Source of the DNA: Longimicrobiales bacterium
GTDB lineage: Bacteria; Gemmatimonadota; Gemmatimonadetes; Longimicrobiales; Gaopeijiaceae
Length of the DNA: 64,000 nucleotides
NCBI GenBank assembly: GCA_965238005.1
Contig: OZ250165.1
Location: 2,976,001 to 3,040,000, forward strand
Direction: 5' to 3'
Position 1 is the first letter of the stretch. Every line of letters begins with the position of its first letter. Positions 40,534 to 51,104 of this stretch are shown here, one piece after another. The notes below the pieces were generated by a model. That model was given only the letters and a program-made list of their open reading frames with translations, was not told the origin of the DNA and searched no databases. A program made the translations under genes and the position numbers.

Positions 40534-41508
40534 TCAGTCCAGATCGGTGCCGGCGAGGGCCCGCAGCACCGCGGCCGTGCCGAGACCGGTCCGTATGGGA
40601 TCGTACCCGCCCTCCAGAGCAGCCACGATTCCGACATCGTCCCCGGTCCGCCCCATGAGGTCGCGTGTCAGTGCGTGGAGGTCCTCCGGCTCCAGCAGCA
40701 TTCCTCCGAGGGGATCGTCGGCCATGACGTCGAATCCAGCCGAGACCAGGACGAAATCCGGGCGACACGTCTCCAGCGCCTCATCCAGCGCCCCCGAGAA
40801 GTGGCTCCTGTACTCGTCGACGGGCGTCCCTGCCGGAAGGGGCACGTTGAGCGTCCACCCCTCCCCCTCCGCCTCGCCTCTCTCGTCGCTCCCGCCCGAT
40901 CCGGGATAGTGGGGCCACTGGTGCAGGGACATGTAGAAGACGGTGCCGTCGGAGTAGAAGATGTCCTGGGTCCCATTCCCGTGGTGCACGTCCCAATCCA
41001 CGATGAGCACCCGGTCCGCTCTCCCCGTGGCCTGGAGCCACCTGGCCGCGACGGCGACGTGGTTGATGAGGCAAAACCCCATGGCCCGGTCGTGAGTCGC
41101 ATGGTGGCCGGGCGGACGGGTCGCCACGAAGGCCGAAGCCAGGGTCCCGGCCGCCACTGCCTCCACGGCCGTGAGGAGCGCGCCTGACGACCCGATGGCC
41201 GCCCGCCACGACGCCGGAGAGACCACGGTATCGGGATCGAGTCGGATCAACGCGGAATCTCTCTCGGCCCGCTCGGCCGCGTCGCGGACGAGCGTCACGT
41301 GGTCGGACGAATGCACACGGAGTAGATCCTCTTCGGTCGCTTCCCCGGGCTCTACCTGGATGACCCTGTCGTGGAGCACGAGGAGGTCCCTCCCAACCGC
41401 CGAAGCCAGGGAGCGCAGCCGACCCTGGTGCTCCGGGTGCCCCCAGCCCGTGTCGTGGAGTGGTGAGGCAGGGTGAAGGAGGAAGCCTACCGGGGAAGGA
41501 TCAGCCAC
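40534..41508 (-). CDS. Histone deacetylase family amidohydrolase
   Basis: [36 protein letters not shown]. Confidence 0.94.
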   Translation of the reverse strand: MADPSPVGFLLHPASPLHDTGWGHPEHQGRLRSLASAVGRDLLVLHDRVIQVEPGEATEEDLLRVHSSDHVTLVRDAAERAERDSALIRLDPDTVVSPASWRAAIGSSGALLTAVEAVAAGTLASAFVATRPPGHHATHDRAMGFCLINHVAVAARWLQATGRADRVLIVDWDVHHGNGTQDIFYSDGTVFYMSLHQWPHYPGSGGSDERGEAEGEGWTLNVPLPAGTPVDEYRSHFSGALDEALETCRPDFVLVSAGFDVMADDPLGGMLLEPEDLHALTRDLMGRTGDDVGIVAALEGGYDPIRTGLGTAAVLRALAGTDLD

Positions 41509-44500
41509 CTGCTCCCACCACCGCGCGCTCCCGCGCGTCGGCGATGCGCTCCTGAATCGTCCGGACGCGATAGGCCCGCGAGCGCAGCGCGATAAGGGCG
41601 TCACACGCCGCGCTCGTCGCCGACATGGTCGTGAAGTACGGGACCTTGTGGGTGATGGCCGCTCGCCTCATGGCGTAGTCGTCGTACTGGGACCTCTTGC
41701 CGAGGGGCGTGTTGATGAGTAGGTCCACCTTACCTGAGACCATGTGGTCCACGATGTCCGGCCGTCCTTCACCGACCTTGTAGACCCGATCGGACGGGAT
41801 CCCCAGGCGCGTCAGGTACTCATGCGTGCCCTTGGTGGCCCAGATCTCGAAGCCGAGATCATGCAGGCGACGGAGGATGGGGGTGACCGTCGCCTTGTCG
41901 CGGTCGTTGACGGTCACCACCAGCGTCCCGCCATCGACGGGCAGAACGTTGTGCGACGCGGCCTGGGCCTTCGCGATAGCCATTCCGAAAGAGTCGTCGA
42001 AGCCCATGACCTCACCGGTGGAGCGCATCTCGGGGCCAAGGAGGACGTCCACCTCGAAGCGATCGAAGGGGAAGATCGCCTCCTTCACCGCCACGCCCGC
42101 CACCGGCGGCTCCGCGGGGATGTCCAGATCGGCGATCTTCTCGCCCGCCATCAAACGGGCCGCCAGGCGGGCCAGGGGCACACCCGTCGCCTTGCTTACG
42201 AAGGGGACGGTGCGGGAGGCCCGTGGGTTCACTTCCAGGACGTAGACAACGCCGTCGCGGATGGCGTACTGGACGTTGATGAGCCCCACCACGCCCAGCT
42301 CCAACGCGAACTTCCGCGTCTTGTCCTTGATCTCCGCGATCTCCGCGGCCCCGAGGAGGTAGGGCGGCAGCACGCAGGACGAGTCGCCCGAGTGCACTCC
42401 CGCGTCCTCGATGTGCTGCATGATCCCACCGATGACCACGTCGGTGCCGTCGCAGAGGGCGTCCACGTCAGCCTCGAAGGCGTCTTCGATGAAGCGGTCC
42501 ACGAGGACCGGATGATCCGGAGACGCCTCGACCGCCCGCTTGAAGTACCCCATCAGAGAGGTCTCGTCGTACACTATCTCCATCGCACGCCCGCCGAGCA
42601 CGTAGCTGGGACGCACCAGGACCGGGTAGCCCACCTCCTTGGCGACGGCCAGGGCTTCCTCCTCGTTGGTCGCCACGCCGTTCTTGGGCACCGTAGCCTG
42701 GACGGCGCGGCAGACCTTCTCGAAGCGTCCTCGGTCCTCGGCCCGGTCGATGGCATCCACGGACGTCCCCAGGATAGGCACGCCCGCCTCCTGCAGCGGA
42801 TGGGCAAGGTTCAGCGGCGTCTGCCCGCCGAGCTGAACGATGACCCCGATGGGCTTCTCCCGCTGGACGATCTCCAGAACGTCCTCGAAGGTCAGGGGCT
42901 CGAAGTAGAGCTTGTCGCTGACGTCGAAATCGGTGGAGACCGTCTCCGGGTTGGAGTTGATCATGATGGTCTCGTACCCGGCCTCCCGGAGAGCCAGAAC
43001 CGCCTGCACACAGCAGTAGTCGAACTCGATCCCCTGTCCGATCCGGTTGGGCCCGCTCCCCAGGATGACGATCTTCTCGCGATCCGACGGAGCCGACTCA
43101 TCCTCCTCCTCGTACGAGGAGTAGTAGTAGGGCGTCTCCGCCGGGAACTCACCGGCACAGGTATCGACGACGTTGTAGGTCGGGCGGATATCCCATCCCC
43201 AGCGCCGGCTCCGGACCTCGGACTCCTCCTCTGCCCGGAGAGCGGCGAGCTGTCCGTCAGAGAATCCGTTCCGCTTCATCAGGTGGAGCTCCTCTGGGCC
43301 GACTTCGTCGAGCCCGGCGTACCACCGCTCGTCGCGGACGATCTCCAGGAGCTGATGGAGGAACCACGGGTCGATTCCGGTAGCTTCTTGGATGTCTTCG
43401 AGGCTCAGGGGGGGTGGACCGTCGCCGTCGTGCCCGGCGATGCCCTCCAGGACCCGCTTGAGCTGGAAGGGGCGATCCGCCGTGGGCCGCCTGAGCGCCG
43501 CAAGCAGGGCCTCGGGCTCCTCCGACTCCAGCCCGTCGTCTTCGAGACGCTCACCCGTGGTCCAGCCGATACGGCCAATCTCCAGGCCCCGGATTCCCTT
43601 CTGCCACGCCGAGCGGAACGTCCGGCCGATGGCCATGGTCTCGCCAACGGCCTTCATCTGAATTCCCAGGATCGGGTTCACCTCGGGGAACTTCTCGAAG
43701 GCGAACCTCGGGAACTTCACCACGACGTAGTCCAGGGTGGGCTCGAAGGAGGCAGGCGTCGTCTTGGTGATGTCGTTTGGAAGCTCGTTCAGAAGGTAGC
43801 CCACGGCGAGCTTCGCCCCGACTCGGGCGATGGGAAATCCGGTGGCCTTGGAGGCCAGGGCCGACGAGCGAGACACCCGCGGGTTCATCTCCACGACCAG
43901 CATCTCGCCGGTGCCGGGATGAAGCGCGAACTGGATGTTGCAGCCTCCAGCCTCCACGCCGATCTCACGCATGATGGCGATGGCCGCGTCGCGCATCCGC
44001 TGGTACTCGACGTCGGTCAGGGTCTGTGCTGGCGCCACCGTGATGGAATCGCCGGTGTGGACTCCCATCGGGTCGAAGTTCTCGATCGAGCAGATGATGA
44101 TGACGTTGTCGGAAGCGTCCCGTACCACCTCGAGCTCGTACTCCTTCCAGCCGATGACGCCACGATCGATGAGCACCTCGGTGATGGGCGAGGCGTCGAG
44201 CCCCCGCCGGACCGCCGCCTCGAATTCCTCGAGGTTGTAGGCGATTCCTCCACCGGTGCCCCCAAGGGTGAAGCTCGGCCGGATGATGGCTGGGTAGCCC
44301 ACGTCCTCGCCGATGGCCATGGCCTCGTCCGTGGAGCGAGCGAACCCGCCATGGGGCAGATCGAGGCCGATGCGCCTCATGGCGGCCGCGAACTGCTCCC
44401 GGTCCTCGGCCATGCGGATGGAGCGGGCGTCGGCCCCGATGAGCTCGACGCCGTGCTCCTCGAGCACGCCGCGCTTGTCGAGCTCCATCGCGATGTTCAG

Positions 44501-44785
44501 CGCCGTCTGCCCACCCATGGTCGGCAGCAGGGCGTCGGGCTTCTCCCTCTCGATGACGAGCTGCACCCAGTCGGGCGTCAGCGGCTCGATGTAGGTCCGA
44601 TGCGCCAGATCCGGGTCCGTCATGATAGTGGCCGGGTTGGAATTCACCAGCACGACCCGGTAGCCCTCTTCCTTCAGGGCACGAACGGCTTGAGTACCGG
44701 AATAGTCGAACTCGCACGCCTGCCCGATGACGATGGGGCCGGAGCCCACTATGAGAATGGAGTCGAGGTCGGTACGTCTAGGCAA
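41501..44785 (-). CDS. carB: Carbamoyl-phosphate synthase large subunit
   Basis: [17 protein letters not shown], duplicated ATP-grasp domains, MGS domain. Confidence 0.98.
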   Translation of the reverse strand: MPRRTDLDSILIVGSGPIVIGQACEFDYSGTQAVRALKEEGYRVVLVNSNPATIMTDPDLAHRTYIEPLTPDWVQLVIEREKPDALLPTMGGQTALNIAMELDKRGVLEEHGVELIGADARSIRMAEDREQFAAAMRRIGLDLPHGGFARSTDEAMAIGEDVGYPAIIRPSFTLGGTGGGIAYNLEEFEAAVRRGLDASPITEVLIDRGVIGWKEYELEVVRDASDNVIIICSIENFDPMGVHTGDSITVAPAQTLTDVEYQRMRDAAIAIMREIGVEAGGCNIQFALHPGTGEMLVVEMNPRVSRSSALASKATGFPIARVGAKLAVGYLLNELPNDITKTTPASFEPTLDYVVVKFPRFAFEKFPEVNPILGIQMKAVGETMAIGRTFRSAWQKGIRGLEIGRIGWTTGERLEDDGLESEEPEALLAALRRPTADRPFQLKRVLEGIAGHDGDGPPPLSLEDIQEATGIDPWFLHQLLEIVRDERWYAGLDEVGPEELHLMKRNGFSDGQLAALRAEEESEVRSRRWGWDIRPTYNVVDTCAGEFPAETPYYYSSYEEEDESAPSDREKIVILGSGPNRIGQGIEFDYCCVQAVLALREAGYETIMINSNPETVSTDFDVSDKLYFEPLTFEDVLEIVQREKPIGVIVQLGGQTPLNLAHPLQEAGVPILGTSVDAIDRAEDRGRFEKVCRAVQATVPKNGVATNEEEALAVAKEVGYPVLVRPSYVLGGRAMEIVYDETSLMGYFKRAVEASPDHPVLVDRFIEDAFEADVDALCDGTDVVIGGIMQHIEDAGVHSGDSSCVLPPYLLGAAEIAEIKDKTRKFALELGVVGLINVQYAIRDGVVYVLEVNPRASRTVPFVSKATGVPLARLAARLMAGEKIADLDIPAEPPVAGVAVKEAIFPFDRFEVDVLLGPEMRSTGEVMGFDDSFGMAIAKAQAASHNVLPVDGGTLVVTVNDRDKATVTPILRRLHDLGFEIWATKGTHEYLTRLGIPSDRVYKVGEGRPDIVDHMVSGKVDLLINTPLGKRSQYDDYAMRRAAITHKVPYFTTMSATSAACDALIALRSRAYRVRTIQERIADARERAVVGAGG

Positions 44786-44920
44786 TGGCTGAGCAGGGAG
44801 GTTTTAGGCCGCCAAGAAACGGGCGTGTCCACGGTGGGAAAAGCGGAGCGCACATCGGCGGCAAAGGTGTCGGATCGGGCTATGCAGCACAAGGCGCCGA
44901 CGGTGCTCCGCAGGGCCGGC

Positions 44921-45031
44921 TCAGTCGCCCTTGTCGGACTCCTTCCGCATGGCCGTCAGGAGGAAGTACGCGCAGCCACCCCAGACGAAGCCCAGGACGA
45001 GAACCATGGTGAGGACGGTCGATGTGGTCAT
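44921..45031 (-). CDS. MetS-like small subunit of an NSS amino-acid transporter (36 aa, not in ORF track)
   Basis: Hand translation MTTSTVLTMVLVLGFVWGGCAYFLLTAMRKESDKGD*; GGAG RBS; VWGG motif. Confidence 0.75.
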   Translation of the reverse strand: MTTSTVLTMVLVLGFVWGGCAYFLLTAMRKESDKGD

Positions 45032-45080
45032 GGCCGTATTCTCCGATGAACACCCGTGGGACGCAAGGAGTGCGACCCGC

Positions 45081-45446
45081 TCACTTCTTCACCTCGACCG
45101 TGATTCCTGTGAGGTTCGCGATGCCGCCGTTGTCGCCCCCAACCGCCTGGACGGCGGTGACCGCCGGGAAGGGAGCTCCCACATCCAGGACGCTGATTCG
45201 GAAGGACATCTCACCCGGCGTGGGAGTCACCATGACGACCTGGAACACAGCGGGATCACTCTCGGCAAAGAACAACCGTGTCTCCCCCGAACCGGAGAAG
45301 CCCGTGATACCGGCTCCCGTGAACTCCAATACGATGGGGCCCGACGTCAGCCTCCCCGTGAGCTGCCCCGGTCCTTTGGGCCCGGAGTCGCAGGCGCTCA
45401 CCAACAGCACGGAGGCCAACGGGATCGCAACGAGCGCCCGCCTCAT
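45081..45446 (-). CDS. Small lipoprotein
   Basis: Lipobox VSAC; 4-nt overlap with the M6 gene stop. Confidence 0.75.
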   Translation of the reverse strand: MRRALVAIPLASVLLVSACDSGPKGPGQLTGRLTSGPIVLEFTGAGITGFSGSGETRLFFAESDPAVFQVVMVTPTPGEMSFRISVLDVGAPFPAVTAVQAVGGDNGGIANLTGITVEVKK

Positions 45447-48007
45447 CGCGACTCCTCCTTCCGCAGGAAGAGGGGCACTACGATGGGATCGGCGGCCCGC
45501 ATCATCTGCGTCACGGGGTGCCCCGGATTGGCCAAGATCCAGGCCCGGAAGTCCCCCAGGTCGTACTCGTCATCTTGATTCCCGTGGTAGTCGAGGAACG
45601 CCGCGACGTTGGGGTCCATGGGGTCCGACCGGAGGAACTGGTTGGCCATGGCCCGGAGGCCGAGCGTCGGTGGCCCGACCGATATGCTCAGCGCCGCCGA
45701 GGCAGTGAGGCCAATGGCATCGGCGGCCCGAAGGGTCACGTTGAAATCGCCCATTTCCAGGGGCGTCCCGTGTATCACGCCTCTGTTGCGGTGGGAATGC
45801 AGCCCGAAGGGAAGCTCGCCGAACTGCTCCCACACGATGGGCTCGTTGCCGTTCTCCACGGAGATCGTCAGGGACTGGCTTATCGCAGCATCGAACTGGA
45901 AGTTCAGTTGTGGGGCTCCGGCGAGCCCGAACGAGACGTCGAACTCGGCGCCCGCCGAGGCCGGCTCGGTGAGCATGATCGTGGTCGGATTCGGCTGGCC
46001 CGCCAGGAAACCCGTCCACCCACGGAAGGCGAAGCCGGTGTTGGCCTCAACCCCGATGCTCACCTCGGTACCGACCAGCACCCACCCGGGATCCGACGGC
46101 GGACTGGTGACGATGCGACCGGCCTCGACGCCAGGCACCGGACTCTCCAGGCTCACGTCGAAGCGAACCTCGGGGTTGCCGTAGGTCGCGGTGAGCGTGG
46201 CGTCGGTGAGCTCCGTCGTCCATTCCCGAATCCGCTGAGCACCATCTTCCCATTCGATGAAGGCGTTGCGGAAGCCATCCACCGGCTCCTCGCCACCGGC
46301 TGCCTCCAGGATGTGCTTCTGGAACGGTGCGGAGACGACCGTGGCCGGGTTCCCGGAAGTCTCCACCCCGTCCACCACGAATGGCACGGGTCCCAAGCTG
46401 CCCGTGGCTTGAAGCGTCACAGTCTGGTAGCGGGTGAGCGCTCGGAATTGCATCTGCTCACCCACCTGCTGGATGTCCAGGAGCGTCACTCCCGCGGCCC
46501 TGCCCCGGGGCACTCCGTCCTCACCGTTGAGGCCGTCGTATGTGAACGCCGCTGGAAGCGACCCCGCCGTGAAATCGGTCTGGCCCGAAGAGCCCGGGAA
46601 GGGATCGCCGTCGTCACCGCGTAGGTTCCCCAAAGCTAAATTGTTCTCGCCGTCACCCTGCCGTAACCAGACCCCCATCCGCTCGGGAAGCGTGTTCACG
46701 TCGTTCGAAACCCATCTGCTGCCCACCATGTCCACGTCGATCTGCCAGACGAGGAGGCCCGGTGAGAACAGGTTCAAGTCGAACCCCAGGGGCTGGCGGT
46801 TCTCCAGCAGGAAGTAGTCCCCGCTTCCGTCGCCGGCATCGATGCGAACGACGTCCCCCGAGGTCTCCACCGGATCGAGCGTGATCATACCGAGATCGGC
46901 GTCCGGCGCCAGCGTCGTCACGTTGGCCCATCCCAGGGTCTCCTTGCTCCACGCGGTCATGTGGCAGGGCCTCGCGGGAATTCCACCCGTACAACCCCAC
47001 GCGCCCGAGCCCATGAGGCCCCAACGTCCCACGCCGCCGTGGCTGGCGCCCACAGCGTAGAGGTCGGGAAGACCGAAGCCGCGTCCCAGCTCGTGCGCGA
47101 AGATTCCGATCTGGTCGATGTGCTGCGCGTCGCAGCCCAGGGCAGCGACGATGGCGTAGTCGTCGATGAGGACCTTACCTCCGTTGGCCGAGGCCGTCTG
47201 CGTCACGTAGGCGCGGAGCACCGGATCAACCCATGACGCCGCGGATGCGGAGAGCTGCCAGCGGTGGGACCAGACGCGCCCCACGCCACTGACGGAGCAC
47301 TCCGCCCCGGCCGTGGGATGCATGACCGTGAGGACGTCGACGAAGCCGTCGTCGTCGCCGGAGTTGGGTAGTCCGTCCGGCCCGTCGTTGTCGTACTGCC
47401 CCCAATCCACGGTTCCGTCGTCGATCCCCGTGAGGATCTCGATGATGAACTCTCCGACCAGATCCGTGCTGCTGAGCCCGTCGCTGTCTCCCGTCACCTC
47501 GGCCCCGGTCAAGCTGGTCTGGAACCAGTCGTGGGCGTCCCCCACCAGAGTGACCCGGCCTCCCGAGATCTCCATGTAGAACTCCGGGATCGTCTTCAGG
47601 ATGCTGTTCGGCCCGTCGAAGAACTCGCGCTGGATGACGTCCCGGGTGAGGGATACGTCCGGAAGTTGAGCCGCGGGGCTCGCCATGGGGATCCCGGGGG
47701 TGTCGGAGTAGAGTCCCAGGATGAGCGGGAACGTGAAGGTCCCGCTCACGCCGCCCTCACGACGGCCTAGGGTGGCCGCGCCGCGGAAGTTCCCGGTGCG
47801 GCGGAGGTCCAGCGCATCGACTCGGGCCTCGGGACGCCAGCCCCTCCTGAACCGGTAGGCGTCCGGATTCCGCTGGAGCTCGGCGTAATAGGCCGCAGGC
47901 ACGGTCGTGCCGTACTCGCGGGCCAGCATCTCGACGTCCTGGGCGGCCAAATGGCTGTGAAGGAGCACGGCTAGCGGTGCGATAAGCGGGAGGATCCGGC
48001 GGGACAC
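45443..48007 (-). CDS. M6 (immune inhibitor A-like) metalloprotease-domain protein with C-terminal Ig-like modules
   Basis: YDNDGPDG.PNSGDDDG.VD, WSHRW, HELGRGFGLPDLY, WGLMGSG, YFLLENRQ. Confidence 0.88.
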   Translation of the reverse strand: MSRRILPLIAPLAVLLHSHLAAQDVEMLAREYGTTVPAAYYAELQRNPDAYRFRRGWRPEARVDALDLRRTGNFRGAATLGRREGGVSGTFTFPLILGLYSDTPGIPMASPAAQLPDVSLTRDVIQREFFDGPNSILKTIPEFYMEISGGRVTLVGDAHDWFQTSLTGAEVTGDSDGLSSTDLVGEFIIEILTGIDDGTVDWGQYDNDGPDGLPNSGDDDGFVDVLTVMHPTAGAECSVSGVGRVWSHRWQLSASAASWVDPVLRAYVTQTASANGGKVLIDDYAIVAALGCDAQHIDQIGIFAHELGRGFGLPDLYAVGASHGGVGRWGLMGSGAWGCTGGIPARPCHMTAWSKETLGWANVTTLAPDADLGMITLDPVETSGDVVRIDAGDGSGDYFLLENRQPLGFDLNLFSPGLLVWQIDVDMVGSRWVSNDVNTLPERMGVWLRQGDGENNLALGNLRGDDGDPFPGSSGQTDFTAGSLPAAFTYDGLNGEDGVPRGRAAGVTLLDIQQVGEQMQFRALTRYQTVTLQATGSLGPVPFVVDGVETSGNPATVVSAPFQKHILEAAGGEEPVDGFRNAFIEWEDGAQRIREWTTELTDATLTATYGNPEVRFDVSLESPVPGVEAGRIVTSPPSDPGWVLVGTEVSIGVEANTGFAFRGWTGFLAGQPNPTTIMLTEPASAGAEFDVSFGLAGAPQLNFQFDAAISQSLTISVENGNEPIVWEQFGELPFGLHSHRNRGVIHGTPLEMGDFNVTLRAADAIGLTASAALSISVGPPTLGLRAMANQFLRSDPMDPNVAAFLDYHGNQDDEYDLGDFRAWILANPGHPVTQMMRAADPIVVPLFLRKEESR

Positions 48008-48588
48008 TACGCTCTGTCCTCCGCTCGAATCTCCAGCACGTCGGCAACGGTTCGCATCCCGTCGATGACGTTCTGGATGTGCTCGGCCCGGTCGATGCCC
48101 AAGAGCTCCACACCGCGAGCCACGTCGTCGCGGTCGACCCCGGCCGCGAACGCCTTGTCCTTCAGCTTCTTGGTCACGGACTTGGGCTTCAGGTCGTCGA
48201 TCCCGTTCGGCCTCACCAGACAACACGCATACACGAGCCCGGAAAGCTCGTCGCACGCGAACAGGACGCGCTCCATGAGAGTCTCCGGCTCCACCCCCGT
48301 TCGATTCGGAGCGTGGGCCTGCACGGCCCGGATGATCTCGTTCGGATAGCCCCGCTGCTCCAGCTCGCTCAGCCCGCGCTTCGGATGCTCGTCGGGGTAC
48401 TTCTCCCAGTCCAGGTCATGGAGCAGGCCGGCGATACCCCAGAGATCCTCGTCCTCGTCGTACATTCGGGCGTAGTGCCGCACGGCGGCTTCCACGGCGA
48501 GCATGTGCCTCCGGAGCCCGTCGTTCCCTACCCAGCTCTCGAGGAGTGCCAAAGCCTCCGCTCGGTCGGGGATCGGTGTTTCGCTCAA
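48007..48588 (-). CDS. HD-domain (HDIG-type) hydrolase
   Basis: RRHMLAVE, GLLHDLDWE, ACDELSG, KDKAFAAGVDR. Confidence 0.88.
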   Translation of the reverse strand: MSETPIPDRAEALALLESWVGNDGLRRHMLAVEAAVRHYARMYDEDEDLWGIAGLLHDLDWEKYPDEHPKRGLSELEQRGYPNEIIRAVQAHAPNRTGVEPETLMERVLFACDELSGLVYACCLVRPNGIDDLKPKSVTKKLKDKAFAAGVDRDDVARGVELLGIDRAEHIQNVIDGMRTVADVLEIRAEDRA

Positions 48589-48769
48589 CGTCTACTCCCG
48601 GTCGTCCAATCAGGGATCACTGGGGAAGAGTTCCCGGTGGTGCTTGCACCGATCGAGCGCCGCGACCCCAATCGAAAGCTCCCACCGAGGAGCCGCACCG
48701 GTCAAGCGGGCCGGCTATCTCGTACGTACGAGTCTCCACTTCCTTGCCGGAGGTCACCCGGGTGGGCCC

Positions 48770-49420
48770 TCATACCCGCGACGACGGACAGAGGTGGGAT
48801 ACGGGACACGCCTCGCAGCGTGGCTTCCTGGCCTTGCAGATCTGGCGGCCGTGGAAGATCAGCAGGTGCGAGAGGAGCGTCCATCTCTCGCTGGGGAAGA
48901 GACCCATGAGGTCCTGCTCGATCTTCTCCGGTGTCTTCTCCTTCGTGAACCCGAGGAGGGTGGAGAGCCGTTTCACGTGGGTGTCCACCACCACCCCTTC
49001 GTCGATTCCGAAGGCGTTGCCCAGGATGACGTTGGCGGTCTTGCGTCCGACGCCCGGCAGGGCGTTGAGCTCCGCCATGGTACGCGGGACCTCGCCGCCG
49101 TGTTCCTCGGTCACCCCCTGGGCGAAGCCGATGACGTTCTTGGCCTTGTTCCGGAAGAAACCGGTGGAGCGGATGATCTCCTCTACGTCTTCCTGAACGG
49201 CACCCGCCAGCTCTCGGGGCGTCGGGTACGTCTCGAACAGCTCCGGCGTGACCATGTTGACCCGCTCGTCCGTAGTCTGAGCCGAGAGGATGGTCGCGAC
49301 CCCGAGCTGGTAGGCATCCCGGTGTTCGAGGGCACAGTGAGCGTCGGGGTACTCCTCCGCCAGGAGGGAAAAGACCTCCGAGGCGCGCTCCGCCTTTGCC
49401 TTCTTCGCCTCCCTCGCCAT
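48770..49420 (-). CDS. nth: Endonuclease III
   Basis: LSAQTTDERVN, LPGVGRKTANV, VDTH, C-x6-C-x2-C-x5-C. Confidence 0.96.
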   Translation of the reverse strand: MAREAKKAKAERASEVFSLLAEEYPDAHCALEHRDAYQLGVATILSAQTTDERVNMVTPELFETYPTPRELAGAVQEDVEEIIRSTGFFRNKAKNVIGFAQGVTEEHGGEVPRTMAELNALPGVGRKTANVILGNAFGIDEGVVVDTHVKRLSTLLGFTKEKTPEKIEQDLMGLFPSERWTLLSHLLIFHGRQICKARKPRCEACPVSHLCPSSRV

Positions 49421-49437
49421 TGCCGCCGACCCGGGGT

Positions 49438-50991
49438 CTACCCGGCCTCGGGACTTCCTCCACCGACCTCTGGGCTTTCTCCGGCCGCCTCAGGGCCGGC
49501 TGCGCCGGCTTCAGTCGCCGACGCCCCAGCCGTCGCAGCCGACAGCCTGGCCACCAGCCAGCCGTTCAGCACGTAGACGGCCGCCAGGGCGATGGCCCAT
49601 TGGATCAGGACCGAGCCCACGTTGAAGGCGGAGAACAATGTCCACGTCTCCAAGAACGAAGCGCCCTGGGCCTGATACAGCCACCAGCCCATGAGGACGA
49701 TGGACTCGACTATCACCAGCCGGATGGTCCAGTCCCACCAGGCGCCGATGTGGATGTCCGAGTCGCCGGTGTTGATGTACTCCTCCCTCCATTGGGTGAC
49801 CCCGTACTTCAGCACCGCAAAGGCGAAGAAGAAGCCCGAGAGCATCAGCCCCACGCCCCAGACCCAGTCCTGGTTGGCGAAGAAGGGCCCAGCCCCCGGC
49901 GTGTCCGTCCAGTTGAGCGCGCTGGGAGCACCGAACAGGATCCCGGCGGTCCCCACCAGGGCGATGGCCCGGCCGCGCGTCATGCCCAGGTCGATGAGGA
50001 TTCGGCTCGCGAGCTCGATCATGGCCACGAGCGACGTCCAGGCGGCGAACACGAGCGCAAGGAAGAAGAGGGCCATGAAGAAGCGCCCACCCGGGATGAG
50101 GGCGAAGAGCTGAGGCACCCAGATGAAGGTCAGCCCCTCGTTGCCTGCGCCTACGATCTGATCCGCGGCGTCGGGCATCACGGAGAACACGGTCGCCAGC
50201 ACCATGATGCCGGCCAAGAGCGACATGGAGTTGTTGCCGAAGCCGATGACGAAGGCGTTGAGGGCCGTGTCTTCCTGACTTCTCATGTAGATGGCGTACG
50301 TGAGCACCAGGCCCCAGCCGGCTCCGGTGTCCCATGCATTCTGCGTCAGGGCCTCGAGCCAGATCTTGGAGTCGGCCAGGTCGGCGAGGTGCGGTGTGAA
50401 GAGGAACGCGAGGCCGGCGGCGGCGCCGGGCAGGGTCACCGCCCGGATGGCCAGTACGATGACCAGGATGATGAGGCTGGGGATCAGGAACTTGGCCGCC
50501 GTCTCGATGCCCTTCACGCCCTTGGACACCACGAACAGCCCCAACCCCATGGCCACCACGTGGGTCACGAGAGCCGCCGGCGTGCCGGCGAAGCCCTCCC
50601 AGAACGCCTCGGGAACGGCCGAGGGGATGTCTCCGGTGACACTCGCCACGAAGAACCGGATGGTCCAGCCCATGACGACGCTGTAGTAGAACATGATGGC
50701 GGTGGCCACGAAGGCCACCCACGCGCCCATCCAGGCGAACTTGGGCCCGATGGTCTTCACGAACGCCCCGATGGTGCCCGATCGGGTGGCCTTGCCCATC
50801 CCGAACTCGAGAATCAGCAGAGGCACGGACCAGAGCAGGAGGAACACCACCCAAGCCACCAGAAACGACCCTCCGCCGTTCGACGCGGCGATGCGAGGGA
50901 AGCGCCAGATATTCCCGGTGCCCACGGCCATACCCAGCATCGCCAGGAGCATGCCCCAGCGCGAACTGAAAACTTCGGACCTGGATGACAA
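49438..50991 (-). CDS. Sodium-dependent transporter, NSS/SNF family
   Basis: GMAVGTGNIWRFP, NGGGSF; multiple TM helices; start approximate. Confidence 0.93.
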   Translation of the reverse strand: MSSRSEVFSSRWGMLLAMLGMAVGTGNIWRFPRIAASNGGGSFLVAWVVFLLLWSVPLLILEFGMGKATRSGTIGAFVKTIGPKFAWMGAWVAFVATAIMFYYSVVMGWTIRFFVASVTGDIPSAVPEAFWEGFAGTPAALVTHVVAMGLGLFVVSKGVKGIETAAKFLIPSLIILVIVLAIRAVTLPGAAAGLAFLFTPHLADLADSKIWLEALTQNAWDTGAGWGLVLTYAIYMRSQEDTALNAFVIGFGNNSMSLLAGIMVLATVFSVMPDAADQIVGAGNEGLTFIWVPQLFALIPGGRFFMALFFLALVFAAWTSLVAMIELASRILIDLGMTRGRAIALVGTAGILFGAPSALNWTDTPGAGPFFANQDWVWGVGLMLSGFFFAFAVLKYGVTQWREEYINTGDSDIHIGAWWDWTIRLVIVESIVLMGWWLYQAQGASFLETWTLFSAFNVGSVLIQWAIALAAVYVLNGWLVARLSAATAGASATEAGAAGPEAAGESPEVGGGSPEAG

Positions 50992-51104
50992 CGACACGCC
51001 TCCGGATTCGGGTTGAAGAGCCCTCGAGCGGACCAAGGCCCGTTGCGAGCAAGCGAGTAACATGGGCGCCAGGAGCCCTTTCGGCGACCCCGGCGGGTGG
51101 CTAG

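Noticed and set aside
41501..44785. carB without adjacent carA as a novelty
   Set aside because: Unlinked carA and carB are common; carA may lie outside the window.
41744..45049. 1101-aa plus-strand ORF
   Set aside because: Antisense shadow of carB caused by GC-rich codon bias; no motifs. The same applies to most overlapping ORFs in the track, such as 26706-28373, 49396-50988 and 51133-52518.
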